Positions 53,687-64,000 of a DNA stretch of 64,000 nucleotides are shown piece after piece (the stretch's first letter is position 1; each line of letters starts with the position of its first letter). The stretch is from the NCBI RefSeq assembly GCF_009914755.1, contig NC_060947.1. The stretch is one strand, 5' to 3'. The stretch is from the human T2T-CHM13v2.0 reference genome, Homo sapiens. Both the position numbers and the translations under genes were made by a program. Below the pieces are notes generated by a model. The model ran no database searches. It was not told the DNA's origin and worked only from the letters and a program-made list of their open reading frames with translations.

Positions 53687-54321
53687 CAATTAGTCCCTTT
53701 TTCTTTCAGCTTAAAACAGTCTCTTTAGCATTTCTTTTAATAGTGATCTGGTGATGATGAACTCCCTCAGCTTTTGTTAGTCTTGGAAAGTATTTATCAT
53801 TCATTGATTTTTTTTGTATTTTTGTGGGTACATAGTAAGTGTATATATTTATGGGGTAAATGCTATATTTTTCCAGAAGCATACAATGTGAAATAATCAC
53901 ATCAGAGTAAATGGGGTATCCATCACTTCAAGCATTTATCCTTTTCTTGTATTACAATGTAATTATACTTTTTAAGTTATTTTTAAATGTACGATAAATT
54001 GTTTACTGTAGTTACCCTGCTGTGCTATCAAATACTAGCTCTTATTCATGCTATCAAACTATAATTTTGTGCCCATTAACCATTTCCACTTCCCTTACCA
54101 TGCTACCTTTCCTACCCTGCAGTAACCAACATTCTACTCTTTCTTGCCCCATGAGTTCAATTGTCTTAAATTTTAGCTCCCACATATAAGTGAGAACATG
54201 AGATGTTCGTCTTTCTGTGCCTGGCTTATTTGACTTACTATAATGACCTCCAGTTCCATCCATGTTGTTGCAAGTGACAGAATCTCATTCTTTTTTGGGG
54301 TGAATAGTACTTCGTTGTATA

Positions 54322-56609
54322 TAATATGGTTTGTTTCTGTGTCCCCACCCAAATCTCATCTTGAATTATACTCCCATAATTCCCATGTGTTGCGGGAGGG
54401 ACCTGGTGGGAGATAATTGAATCATGGGTGGTTTTCCCATATTGTTCTCATGGTAGTGAATAAATCTTATGAGATCTGATGGTTTTATAAGGGGAAAGCC
54501 CTCTGACTTAGCTTTCATTCTCTCGTTTGCCACTGCCGTGTAAGAATTGCCTTTTGCCTTCCACCATAATTGTGAGGTTTTCCTAGCCACATGGAACTGT
54601 AAGTCCATTAAACTTCTTTCTTTTGTAAATTGCCCAGTCTCAGGTATGTCTTCATCAGCAGTGTGAAAACAGACTAATACAGTAAATGGGTACCAGTAGA
54701 GTGGGGCACTGCTGTAAAGATACCCGAAAATGTGGAAGCGACTTTGGAACCGGGTAACAGGCGGAGGTTGGAACAGTTTGGAGGGCTCAGAAGAAGACAG
54801 GAAAATGTGGGAAAGTTTGGAACTTCATAGAGACTTGTTGAATGGCTTTGCCCAAAATTCTGATAGTGTTATGGACAATAATGTCCAGGCTGAGGTGTTC
54901 TCAGATAGAAATGAGAAACTTGTTGGGAAATGGAGCAAGGGTGACCCTTGTTATGTTTTAGCAAAGAGACTGGTGGCATTTTGCTCCTGCCCTACAGATT
55001 TGTGGAACTTTGAACTTGAAAGGGGTGATTTAGGGTATCAGGCAGAAGAAATTTCTAAGCAGCAAAGCATTCAAGAGGTGACTTGGCTGCTGTTAAAGGC
55101 ATTCAGTTTTATAATTGAAGGAGAGCATAAAAGTTCAGAAAATTTGCAGCCTGACAATGTGATAGAAAAGAAAATCCCATTTTCTGAGGAGTAGTTCAAG
55201 CCAGCTGCAGAAATTTGCGTAAGTAATGAGGAACTGAATGTTATTCCCCAAAACAATGGGAAAATGTCTCTAGGGCATGTCAGAGGTCTTCACAGCAGCC
55301 CCTCCCATCACAGTCCTGGAGGCCAAGGAGGAAAAGGTGGTTTCCTGGGCTGGGCCCAGGCCCCTGTGCTGTGTGCAGCCTAGGGACTTGGTGCACTGTG
55401 ATCCAGCCACTCCAGCTATGGCTGAATGGGGCCAACATAGAGCATGGGCTGTGGCTTCAGAGGGTGGAAGGCCCAAGCCTTGGCAGCTTCCATCTGGTGT
55501 TGAGCCTGTGAGTGCAAAAAAGTCAAGAATTGGGGTTTGGGAACCTCTGCCTAGATTTTAGAGAATACCTGGATGCACAGGCAGAAGTTTGCTGCAGGGG
55601 CAGGGCATTCAGGAGAACCTCTCCTAGGGCAGTGTGGAAGGGAAATATGTGGTAAGAGCCTCCACAGAGTCCCTACTGGGGCACTGCCTAGTGCAGATGT
55701 GAGAAGAGGGCCACTGTCCTCCAGACCCCAGAATGGTACATCCACAGACAGCTTGCACCATTCACCTGGAAAAGCTGCACACACTCAACGCCAGCCCATG
55801 AAAGCAGCCAGGAGTGAGGCTGTACCCTGCAAAGCCACAGGGGCAGAGCTGCCCAAGACCATGGGAACCCACCTCTTGCATCAGTGTTACCTGGATGTGA
55901 GACATGGAGTCAAAGGAGATCATTTTGAAGCTTTAAGATTTGGCTGCCCTGCTGGATTTCAGACTTGCACGGGGCCTGTGGCCCCTTTGTTTTGGCCAAT
56001 TTCTCCCATTTGGGACAGTGTATTTACCCAATGCCTATACCCCCATTGTATCTAGGAAGTAACTAACTTTGCTTTTGATTTTACAGGCTCTTAGGAAGAA
56101 GGGACTTGCTTTGTCTCAGATGAGACGTTGGACTGTGGACTTTTGTCTTAATGCTGAAATGAGTTAAGACTTTGGGGGACTGCTGGGAAGGCATGATTGG
56201 TTTTATAATATGAGGACATGAGATTTGGCAGGGGCCAGGGTTGGAATGATATGGTTTGGCTCTATGTCCCCAGCCAAATCTCATCTTGAATTGTACTCCC
56301 ATAATTCCCATGTGTTGTGGGAAGGACCTGGTGGGAGATAATTGAATCATGGAGGTGGTTTCTCTCATATTGTTCTCATGGTAGTGAATAAGTCTCACAA
56401 GATCTGATGGTTTCATAAGGGGAAGCCCCTTTTGCTTGGCTTTCAATCTCACTCTTGCTGCTGCCATGTAAGAAGTGGCTTTGACCTTCCACCATGATTT
56501 TGAGGCCTCCCTAGCCAGGTAGAACTGTAAGTCCATTAAACTTATTTATTTTGTAAATTGCCTGGTCTCAGGTATGTCTTCATCAGCAGTGTGAAAACAG
56601 ACTAATACA
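54322..56609 (+). mobile_element. Complete THE1 (THE1B/C-like) MaLR provirus: LTR 54322-54681, internal 54682-56246, LTR 56247-56609
   Basis: Two ~360-bp LTRs ending gactaataca. The 1565-bp internal region holds the MaLR ORF remnant WNSLEGSEEDRKMWESLEL. TSD gtata/gtaca. Confidence 0.96.
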
Positions 56610-59600
56610 GTACATATGTACCACATTTTCATCATCCATTCTTTTGCTGATGGCCACTTACCTTGCTTCAAAACTTTCACTATTGTGAATACTGCTTCAA
56701 TAAACATGGAACTGCAGATATCTCTTTGATATACTAATCTGCTTTCTATTGAGTATGTACCTAGCAGTGGGATTATTGAATCATACAGTAGTTTTATTTT
56801 TAGATTTTGAGCAATCTCCAAACTGATCTTCATAGTGATTGATCTAATTTACATTTCCACTAACAGTGTAGGAGTGTTCCTTACTCTCCACAACCCCAGC
56901 AGCATTATTGTCTGTCTTTTGGATAAAAGCCATTTAAACTGGGGTAAGATGATACCTCACTGTAGTTTTATCTTGCATTCCACTGATGATCAGTGATATT
57001 AAGCACCTTTTCACATATCTGTTTGCCATTTGTATGTCTTTTGAGAAATGTCTCTTCAGATTTATTGCCGACTTTTATATTGGATTATATTTTCTTATTG
57101 AGTTGTTTGAGTTCCTTATATATTTTGATTATTAATCTCTTATGAGACAGATAGCTTGCAAACATTTTCTTCTATACTCTGGGTTATCTCTTCACTTTAT
57201 TGATTGTATCTTTGGCTGTGCAGAAGCTTTTTAACTTGATGTGATCCCATTTGTCCATTTTTGCTTTGGTTTCCTGTGCATGTAGGATATTGTTCAAGAT
57301 ATATACGCCCAGACCAATGTCCTGGAGACTTTCCCTAAGGTTTTCTTGTAGTAGTTTCATAGTTTGAGGTCTTAGATTTAAATCATTAATCTATTTTGAT
57401 TTGATATTTGTATATGGTGAGAGATAGGGGTCTGGCTTCATTCTTTTGCATATGGATATTCAGTTTTCCCAGCATCATTTATTGAAGAGACTGTCTTTGT
57501 GTCTCTAAGTGCGTGGATTTGTTTCTGAGTTCTCTATTTTGTTTCATTGGTCTATGTGTCTGTTTTTATGCCAGTACCATGCTGTTTTTGTTACTATAGC
57601 TCCAATGTATAATTTGAAATACAGTCTCCTCCAGTTTTGTTCTTTTTACTTAAAATAACTTTGGCTATTCTGAGTCTTTTTTGATTCTAAATAAATTTTA
57701 GAATTTTTTTTCTATTTCTATGAAGAATGTCATTGATATTTTGATAGGAATTGCATCGAATCTGTAGACTGCTTTGGGTAGTAAGGACATTTTAACAATA
57801 TTGATTCTTCCAATTCATGAGCATGGAATACTTTTTTTAAAAAAAATTTGAGGTGTTTGCTTCACTTTCTTTCATCACCGTTTTATAGTTTTTATTATAG
57901 AAATCTTTCACTTCTTTGTTTAAGTTAATTCCTAGGTATCTAATTTTCTGTCTGGCTATTGTAAATGGGATTACATTTTTATATTTGTTGTTCACATTGT
58001 TCACTGTTGGCACATAGTAATGCTAATAATTTTTGTATGCTGATTCTGTATCCTCTAAATTTTCTGAATTTGTTTATCAGTTCAAATAGCTTTTTTGTGG
58101 AGTCTTTAGATTTTTTCCAAATATGAAAACTTATCATCTGCAAACATGGAGAATTTGACATATTTCTTTTCACCTTGTATGTACTTTATATCCTTCTCTT
58201 GTCTGATTCCTCTGGCTATGATTTCCAGTACTATGTGGCATAACAGTAGTGACAATGGGCATCCTTGTTGTGTTCCAGAGTTTAGATGAAAGGCTGACAG
58301 TTTTTCACCATGCAGTATGGTACTGGCTTTGTGTCTGTCATATATGGCTTTTATTGTATTGAGATATGTTCCATCCATGTGTCGTTTTTTAAGTTTTTAT
58401 TGTGAAGGGGTATTAAATTGTATTAAATGGTTTTTTGGCATCAATTGAAATGATCATATGGTTTTTATCCTTCGTCTGTTAATATGATGCATCAGATTGT
58501 TTGATTTGTGTATGTTGAATCATCTTTGCATCCTTCAGATAAATTTCACCTGGTCATAATAAATATTTTTAAAGGTATGTTGTTGAATTTGTTTTGCTAG
58601 TATTTTGTTGAGGCTTTTTACATCAATGTTCATCAGGGTTATTGGCCTGTAGGTTTCTTTTTTTGATGTGTCTTTGCCTAGTTTTGGTATCAGGGTAATA
58701 CTGGCCTCATAGAATGAGTTTGGAAGTATTCTCTCCTCCACTATTTTTCAGAAAAATTTGAATAGGGATTGTATTGGTTCTTCTTTAAATGTTTGGTAAA
58801 ATTCAGCAGTAAAGCAATTGGATCCTGTGCTTTTTTTGCTGGGAGAGTTTTTATTATTGTTTAGATCTCTTTATTAGTTATTGGTCGGTACATGTTATGG
58901 ATTTCTTCATGGTTGAATCTTGGAAGGTTGTATGTGTGTATAAATTTACCCATTTTTTCTAGGTCTTCCAATTTATTGGCATTTGGTTGCTCATAGTAGC
59001 CACTAATGATCCTTTAAATTTCTGTGATATCATTTGTAATGTCTCCTTTTTCAACTGTAATTTTACTTATTTGATCTTTTCTCTTTTTTCCTAGTTAGTC
59101 TGGCAAAAAGTCTGTCAATTTGTTTATCTCTTCAAAAACCCAGTTTCTTTTGTTGGTCTTTTTGTTTGTTTGTTTGTTTGAACTTCATTTATTTTTACTC
59201 TGATCTTCATTATTTCTTTTCATCTACTAATTTTTGGTTTCGTTTGCTCTTGCTTTTCTAGTTATTTAATATGCATTATTAGATTGTTTATTTAAAGTTT
59301 TTCTACTTTTTTTTAATGTTGATGCCTATTGCTTTAAACTTTTCTCTTAATTCTGCTTTCCCTGTTTCCCATAGAGGTTTTAGTATGTTATGTTTCCATT
59401 ATTATTTATTTCAAGAAACTTTTCAATTTCCTTCTTAAATTTTTTATTGACCCACTGGCTATTCAGGAGCATATTGTTTAATTTCCATGTGTTTGTATAG
59501 TTTCCAAAATTCCTCTTTTTGATTTTTAGTTTTATTTCATTGTGGTCAGGGAAGACACTTGAGATGGTTTACATTATTTTTTTTGAAATTTTTAAGACTT

Positions 59601-61831
59601 GTTTTGTGGTCTAAAATACAATCTATCCTTGATAATGATCCATGTGCTGAGGAGAAAAATGTGCATTCCACATCAGTTGGATAAAATCTTCTGTAAATAT
59701 ACATTAGGTCCATTTGGCATATAGTGTAGATTACCTCCAATATTTCTTCATTGATTTTCTGTCAGGGAGATTTGTCCAATACTGAAAATAGGATGTTGAA
59801 GTCTCCAGCTATTATTGTATTGGGATCTATCTCTCTCTTTAGCTCTAATTATAATTGCTTTATACATCTGGGTGCTAAAGTGTTGGGCGCATATACATTT
59901 TCAATTGTTATATATTCTTGCTCAATTGACTATTATTATATAATGACTTATTTTTCCCTTTACATAGTTTTTCTCTTGAAATCTATTTTGTCTGAAATAA
60001 GTACAGCTACTTCTGCTGTTTTTTGGCTTCCGTTTGTATGAATTATCTTTTTCCAGCATTTTGTTTTCATTCTATGTGTGTCTTTATAGGTTAAGTGCTT
60101 TTCTTGCATGTAACACATCACTGGGTCTTTTTTTTTAAATATATTCAGCCAGTCTATGTCTTTTCATTGGAGACTTTAGTCCATTTAAATTGAGTGTTAT
60201 TATTGATAAGTAAGGACATATTCCTGCCATTTTGTCATTTGTTTTCTCATTGTTTTGTGGTCTTCTCTACCTTCTTTACTTCCTTCCTGTCTTCCTTTTA
60301 GTGATGTTGATTTTCCCTTGTTGTATGCTTTAATTTCTTGCTTTTTATTTTTTGTGTATGTGTTGCATGGATTTTGGTTTGAGGTTATCATGAAGCTTGC
60401 ATATAATATCTTATATTTCATAATTTTAAACAAATTACAAGTTAACACTGGTTACATAAACAAACTAACAAACGAGCAGAGAAAAACTAATAATAACTCT
60501 GTACTTTAACTCTCTCCAGTCACTTTTTAACTTTTTGTTATTTCTTTTTATATCTTATTGTATTATCTATGTCTTGAAAAATTGTCGTACTTATTTCTGA
60601 TAAGTTCTTCTTTTAGTCTTTCTACTCAAGATATGAGAAGTTTGTACATCATAATTATAGTGTTATAACATCCTGTGATTTTTTTGTGTAGTTATTATTA
60701 CCAGTGAGTTTTTTACCTTCAGATGATTTCTTGTTGCTCTTTAACAATCTTTTATTTCATATTGAAGAACTCTTTTTAGCATTTCTTGTAGGACAGGTCT
60801 GGTGTTGGTGAAGCCCCCCAGCTTTTGTTTTTCTAGGAAAGTCTTAATTTCTCCTTCGTATTTCAAGAATACTTCTGCTGGATATACTATTTTAGGATAA
60901 AAGTATTTTTTCTTCAACATTTAAGCATGTCATACCAGTCTTTGATGGCCTGTAAAGTTTTCACTGAGAAGTCTGTTGCCAGATATATTGGTACTCTTGT
61001 GTATGTTATTTGTTTCTTTTTTCTTGCTGTTTTTAGAATCCTTTCTTTATCCTTGACCTTTTGGAGTCTGATTATTAAGTGCCTTTAGGCAGTCTTATTT
61101 GGGCTAAATCTGCTCGGTGTTCTATAACCTTCTTGTCCTTGGATATTGATATCTTCATCTAGGTTTGGGAAGTTCTTTTTCATTATCTCTTTGAATAAAT
61201 TGTCTACACTGATCCCTCTCTCTACCTCCTCTTTAAGACCATTAACTCTTACATTTGCACTTTTGAGGCTATTTTCTAGATCTTGTAGGTGAGTTTCATG
61301 CTTTTTTATTCCTTTTTCTTTTGTCTGCTTTATCTAATAGTATTCTGACTTCCTTCCCAGAACTATCTTGAAATTCACTGAGCTTCCTCAAAACAGCTAT
61401 TTTGAATTCTCTTTCTGAAAATTTACATATCTCTTTCTCTCTGGGATTAGTGAATAGTGCCTTATTTAGTTGATTTGGTAAGGTTATGCTTTCCTGGATG
61501 GTTTGATGCTTACGTATGTTCATTGTTGTCTAGGCATTGAAGAATTAAATATCTATTGTAGTCTTCACAGTCTGGGTTTGTTTGAAGCCATCCTTCTTGG
61601 GAAGGCTTTTGAAGAACTTGGGTGTTGTGATCCAAGTCTTTTCGCCACTGTTGCCGTATCTGCATTAGGGGCACCTCAAACCCAGTAATGTTTTGGCTCT
61701 TGCAGACTCGTGGAGGTACTACCTTGGTGGTTTTGTATGAGATCTGGGAGAATTCCCTGGATTACCAGGCAGGGATTCTTCTTCTCTTACTTTCCCCAAA
61801 CAAATGAAGTTTATTTCTGTTTCTCTCTCTG

Positions 61832-61833
<2 letters not shown>

Positions 61834-61867
<34 letters not shown>
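61834..61867. repeat. (TC)n microsatellite in the L1 5' UTR
   Basis: About 17 uninterrupted TC units. Confidence 0.97.
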
Positions 61868-61870
<3 letters not shown>

Positions 61871-61977
61871 GCTGAGCTTCCTGGAGTTGGAAGAGGGGTG
61901 ACTCAAGCACCCTTGTGGCCACAACCGTGGGGACTATGCTGGGTCAGACCCAAAACCAGCACAGCACTGCAGTGACC

Positions 61978-62850
61978 ACTGCCTGGCTGCCATCTACGTC
62001 CACTCAAGGCCTAAGGGCTGTACAACCAGCATGTGGTGAATCCAGTCAGGTGTGTTTCCTTCCCTCCGGGGTGGTGAGCTCCCCCTAGCCTTGGGAGTGT
62101 CCAGAGATACCTTCCAGGAGCCATTGCCTAGAATTGGGAACCTTAGGAATCTACTTCATGCTCTATTTTACTGCAGCTGATCTGGTACCCAATCCATTAG
62201 ACAAAGTCCTTCCCACTCTTTCCTTCCCTTTCCTTGAGCAGAGGAGTCTTTTCCTGTCACTCCCACTGCCCCTGGCCTGTGGCAAGTACTGCCTGGCTGC
62301 CACCGATGTTCACTCAAGGCCTACGAGCTCTTCAGTCAGCTTGTGATGAATGATGCCAGGCTTGGGTCTCTCCTTTCAGGGAAGTGGGCTCCCATCTGGC
62401 CCAGAGCAGGTCCAGAAATATTGTCCAGCAACCAAGGACTGAAACCAGGGACCCCAGGAGCCTGCTTGGTGCTCTACCCTACTATTGACAAGTTTTATTC
62501 TTCCCTTTCCTTTTCTGAAGCAAAAGGTGTCCCTCTCTGTAACCATCACAACTAAGAATGTGCTGGGTCACACCTAAAGACAGCATGGCTGTAAGTCTCA
62601 CCAAAGGACTATGGTGAGTACTGCTTGGTTACCATTGCTGATTATTCAGGGTCCAAGTGCTCTTTAGTCAGCAGGTGATAAATCCTGCCAGAAGTGGGTC
62701 CTTTCCTTCAAGGCAGCTGGTTCCCTTCTTGCCCAGAGTGTGTTCAGAAATATCATCTGGTAGCTAGGTCCTAGAATTTGAGCTTCAGGACTCTGCCTGG
62801 TGCCCTATTCTACTGCACTTAAGGTGATATCCAAGTTGCAAGACAAAGTC
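61978..62850. repeat. Three diverged ~310-330 bp monomers in the L1MA2-like 5' UTR
   Basis: Units start actgcctggctgcca (61978), actgcctggctgcca (62288) and actgcttggttacca (62620). Each continues with a cactcaaggcc-like, a gtccagagat/aat-like, a tgc(t/c)cta and a gacaa motif. Confidence 0.75.
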
Positions 62851-63535
62851 TCTCCTGTCTTCTCTCTTCAAGTGGAAAGGATTCTCCCCAAGAGGTGTAA
62901 GCCGTCCTGCCTGGGGTTTGGGGACTGGTGACACAAGCACTCCTTTGGCCATTCTGGCTAATGTCGCACTAGGTCACATGCACCCCATGTCCACTGGCTC
63001 TAAGCCCAGCACAGCACCAAGAATTACCTAGGAATTGAAGTTTTGTAGCTTAGAGTGCCTTTTAAGTTCATTTAGAACCCCAGAGCACTTTAGTTCATGG
63101 TAGCACTGTTTGCCAGAACTCAGGTTCCCACCATTAGGATGGGTGACTTGCCTCTGGCTAGGTCTGGTCTAAATGCTTCCTCTGTGGACACCAGCTGAGT
63201 TCTGCCTTAAATTGCTTTCCACTGTGACAGGGCAGCACTGAGTTACTGAGTTCCAATGCAAAGTTCCACAATTGCGGTACTCTCCCTCCCCCAAACACGC
63301 AAGTTCTCTCCACACCACACAGCCACTGTTGGGGGATGGAGGAGGGGTGGAATAGGCAATTCAAGACTGTCTTTCCTACCCTATTAAGCACCTCTTTACT
63401 TAATGTTAAAACAAGGTACTGTGATTGCTCACCTGATTTTTGGTTCCTATGAAGGTTCTTTTTTGTGCACAATTTTGTGTTCTTGCATGGGAGAAAATCA
63501 CTGGAAGCTTCAACTCATCCATCTTTCTCTGCCAC

Positions 63536-64000
63536 TCTTCCTTCATTTCTGAAGGACAGCTTTCCCAGATAATGCATTCTTGATTGGTTGGCAATCCCCC
63601 CCCACCTCAGCACTTTCAATATTTTCCCAATCTCTCCTGGATTGTCAATTTCCTGCTGAGAAGTTTGCTCCTAACCTTACTGAAATTCCTTCTATGTGCG
63701 ATATACTTCTTTTCACTTGAGGTTTTCTGAATCCTTTCTTCATCTTTAATTTTTGACCATTTAATTATAAGACTTGGTTTAGTCTTGTTAGGATTAAATC
63801 TGACTTCAGACATTTGACTTTTCTGTACCTGGATATTTATATGTTTTCTCAGATTTAGAAAGATTTCAGCTGTTATTTTTTCCCTTTGTTTATCTCTTCT
63901 TCTTAACCCATATAATTTGAATATTTGTTCTCTTGATGCTGCCCCATACATTCTGTAAGCATTCTTTATTCCTTTCCAGTGTTTTTTCTTCTGTGTAAAT
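63536..64000 (-). mobile_element. ORF1 region of the host L1 (continuation of 48541-53800)
   Basis: ORF 63616-63951 EKITAEIFLNLRKHINIQVQKSQ...RFNPNKTKPSLIIKWSKIKDEERI is L1 ORF1p-like. The nucleotide sequence continues the point broken at ~53800. Confidence 0.85.

Larger units (their letters stand above)
53806..63535 (-). mobile_element. Full-length L1MA2-like element nested in the L1MA9-like element and interrupted by THE1
   Basis: Reverse 3' end tttgtgggtacatagtaagtgtatatatttatgggg...aataatcacatcagagtaaatggggtatccatcac. RT remnants [16 protein letters not shown] and SMFADD. ORF1 start region 61296-61523 and a ~2 kb 5' UTR ending ...tccatctttctctgccac. The host L1 resumes in register at 63536. 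Confidence 0.9.

Noticed and set aside
54730-56536. Longest ORFs in the track (151-160 aa)
   Set aside because: They lie within THE1 internal/LTR sequence and are fragments of the known decayed MaLR ORF or its alternative frames.

Overview
This is primate genomic DNA, almost certainly human because it carries an AluYb8. It is AT-rich and dominated by transposable elements, with about half the window being LINE-1 by my coordinate tally. I can support no cellular protein-coding gene, rRNA, tRNA or CRISPR array; the ORFs I recognise are decayed L1, HERV-H, THE1, Tigger1 or Alu frames. From left to right there is an old L1ME-like remnant split by a near full-length L1PB4-like element. Next is a full-length L1PA15/16-like element whose 3' UTR holds a two-LTR antisense HERV-H/LTR7 provirus (12986-19452, TSD GTTAG, tRNA-His PBS), followed by a truncated L1PB2-like element. 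A full-length Tigger1 then hosts an L1PA13-like element (itself carrying a shattered THE1A) and a near-perfect AluYb8. An ancient L2/MIR/L3/MLT1 zone and a ~6 kb repeat-poor island follow. The window ends in an antisense L1MA9-like element hosting AluJ, AluS, MADE1 and a full-length L1MA2-like element that contains a complete THE1 provirus. I did not find a convincing new biological system. The best leads concern regulation of the HERV-H copy: loss of the poly(A) signal in the 5' LTR only, strongly clustered LTR-LTR differences, and a phased GATA array with a de novo octamer. A multi-junction inversion/deletion scar and one candidate 99-bp exon are also worth checking. Subfamily calls come from recalled consensus sequences and need RepeatMasker/Dfam confirmation.
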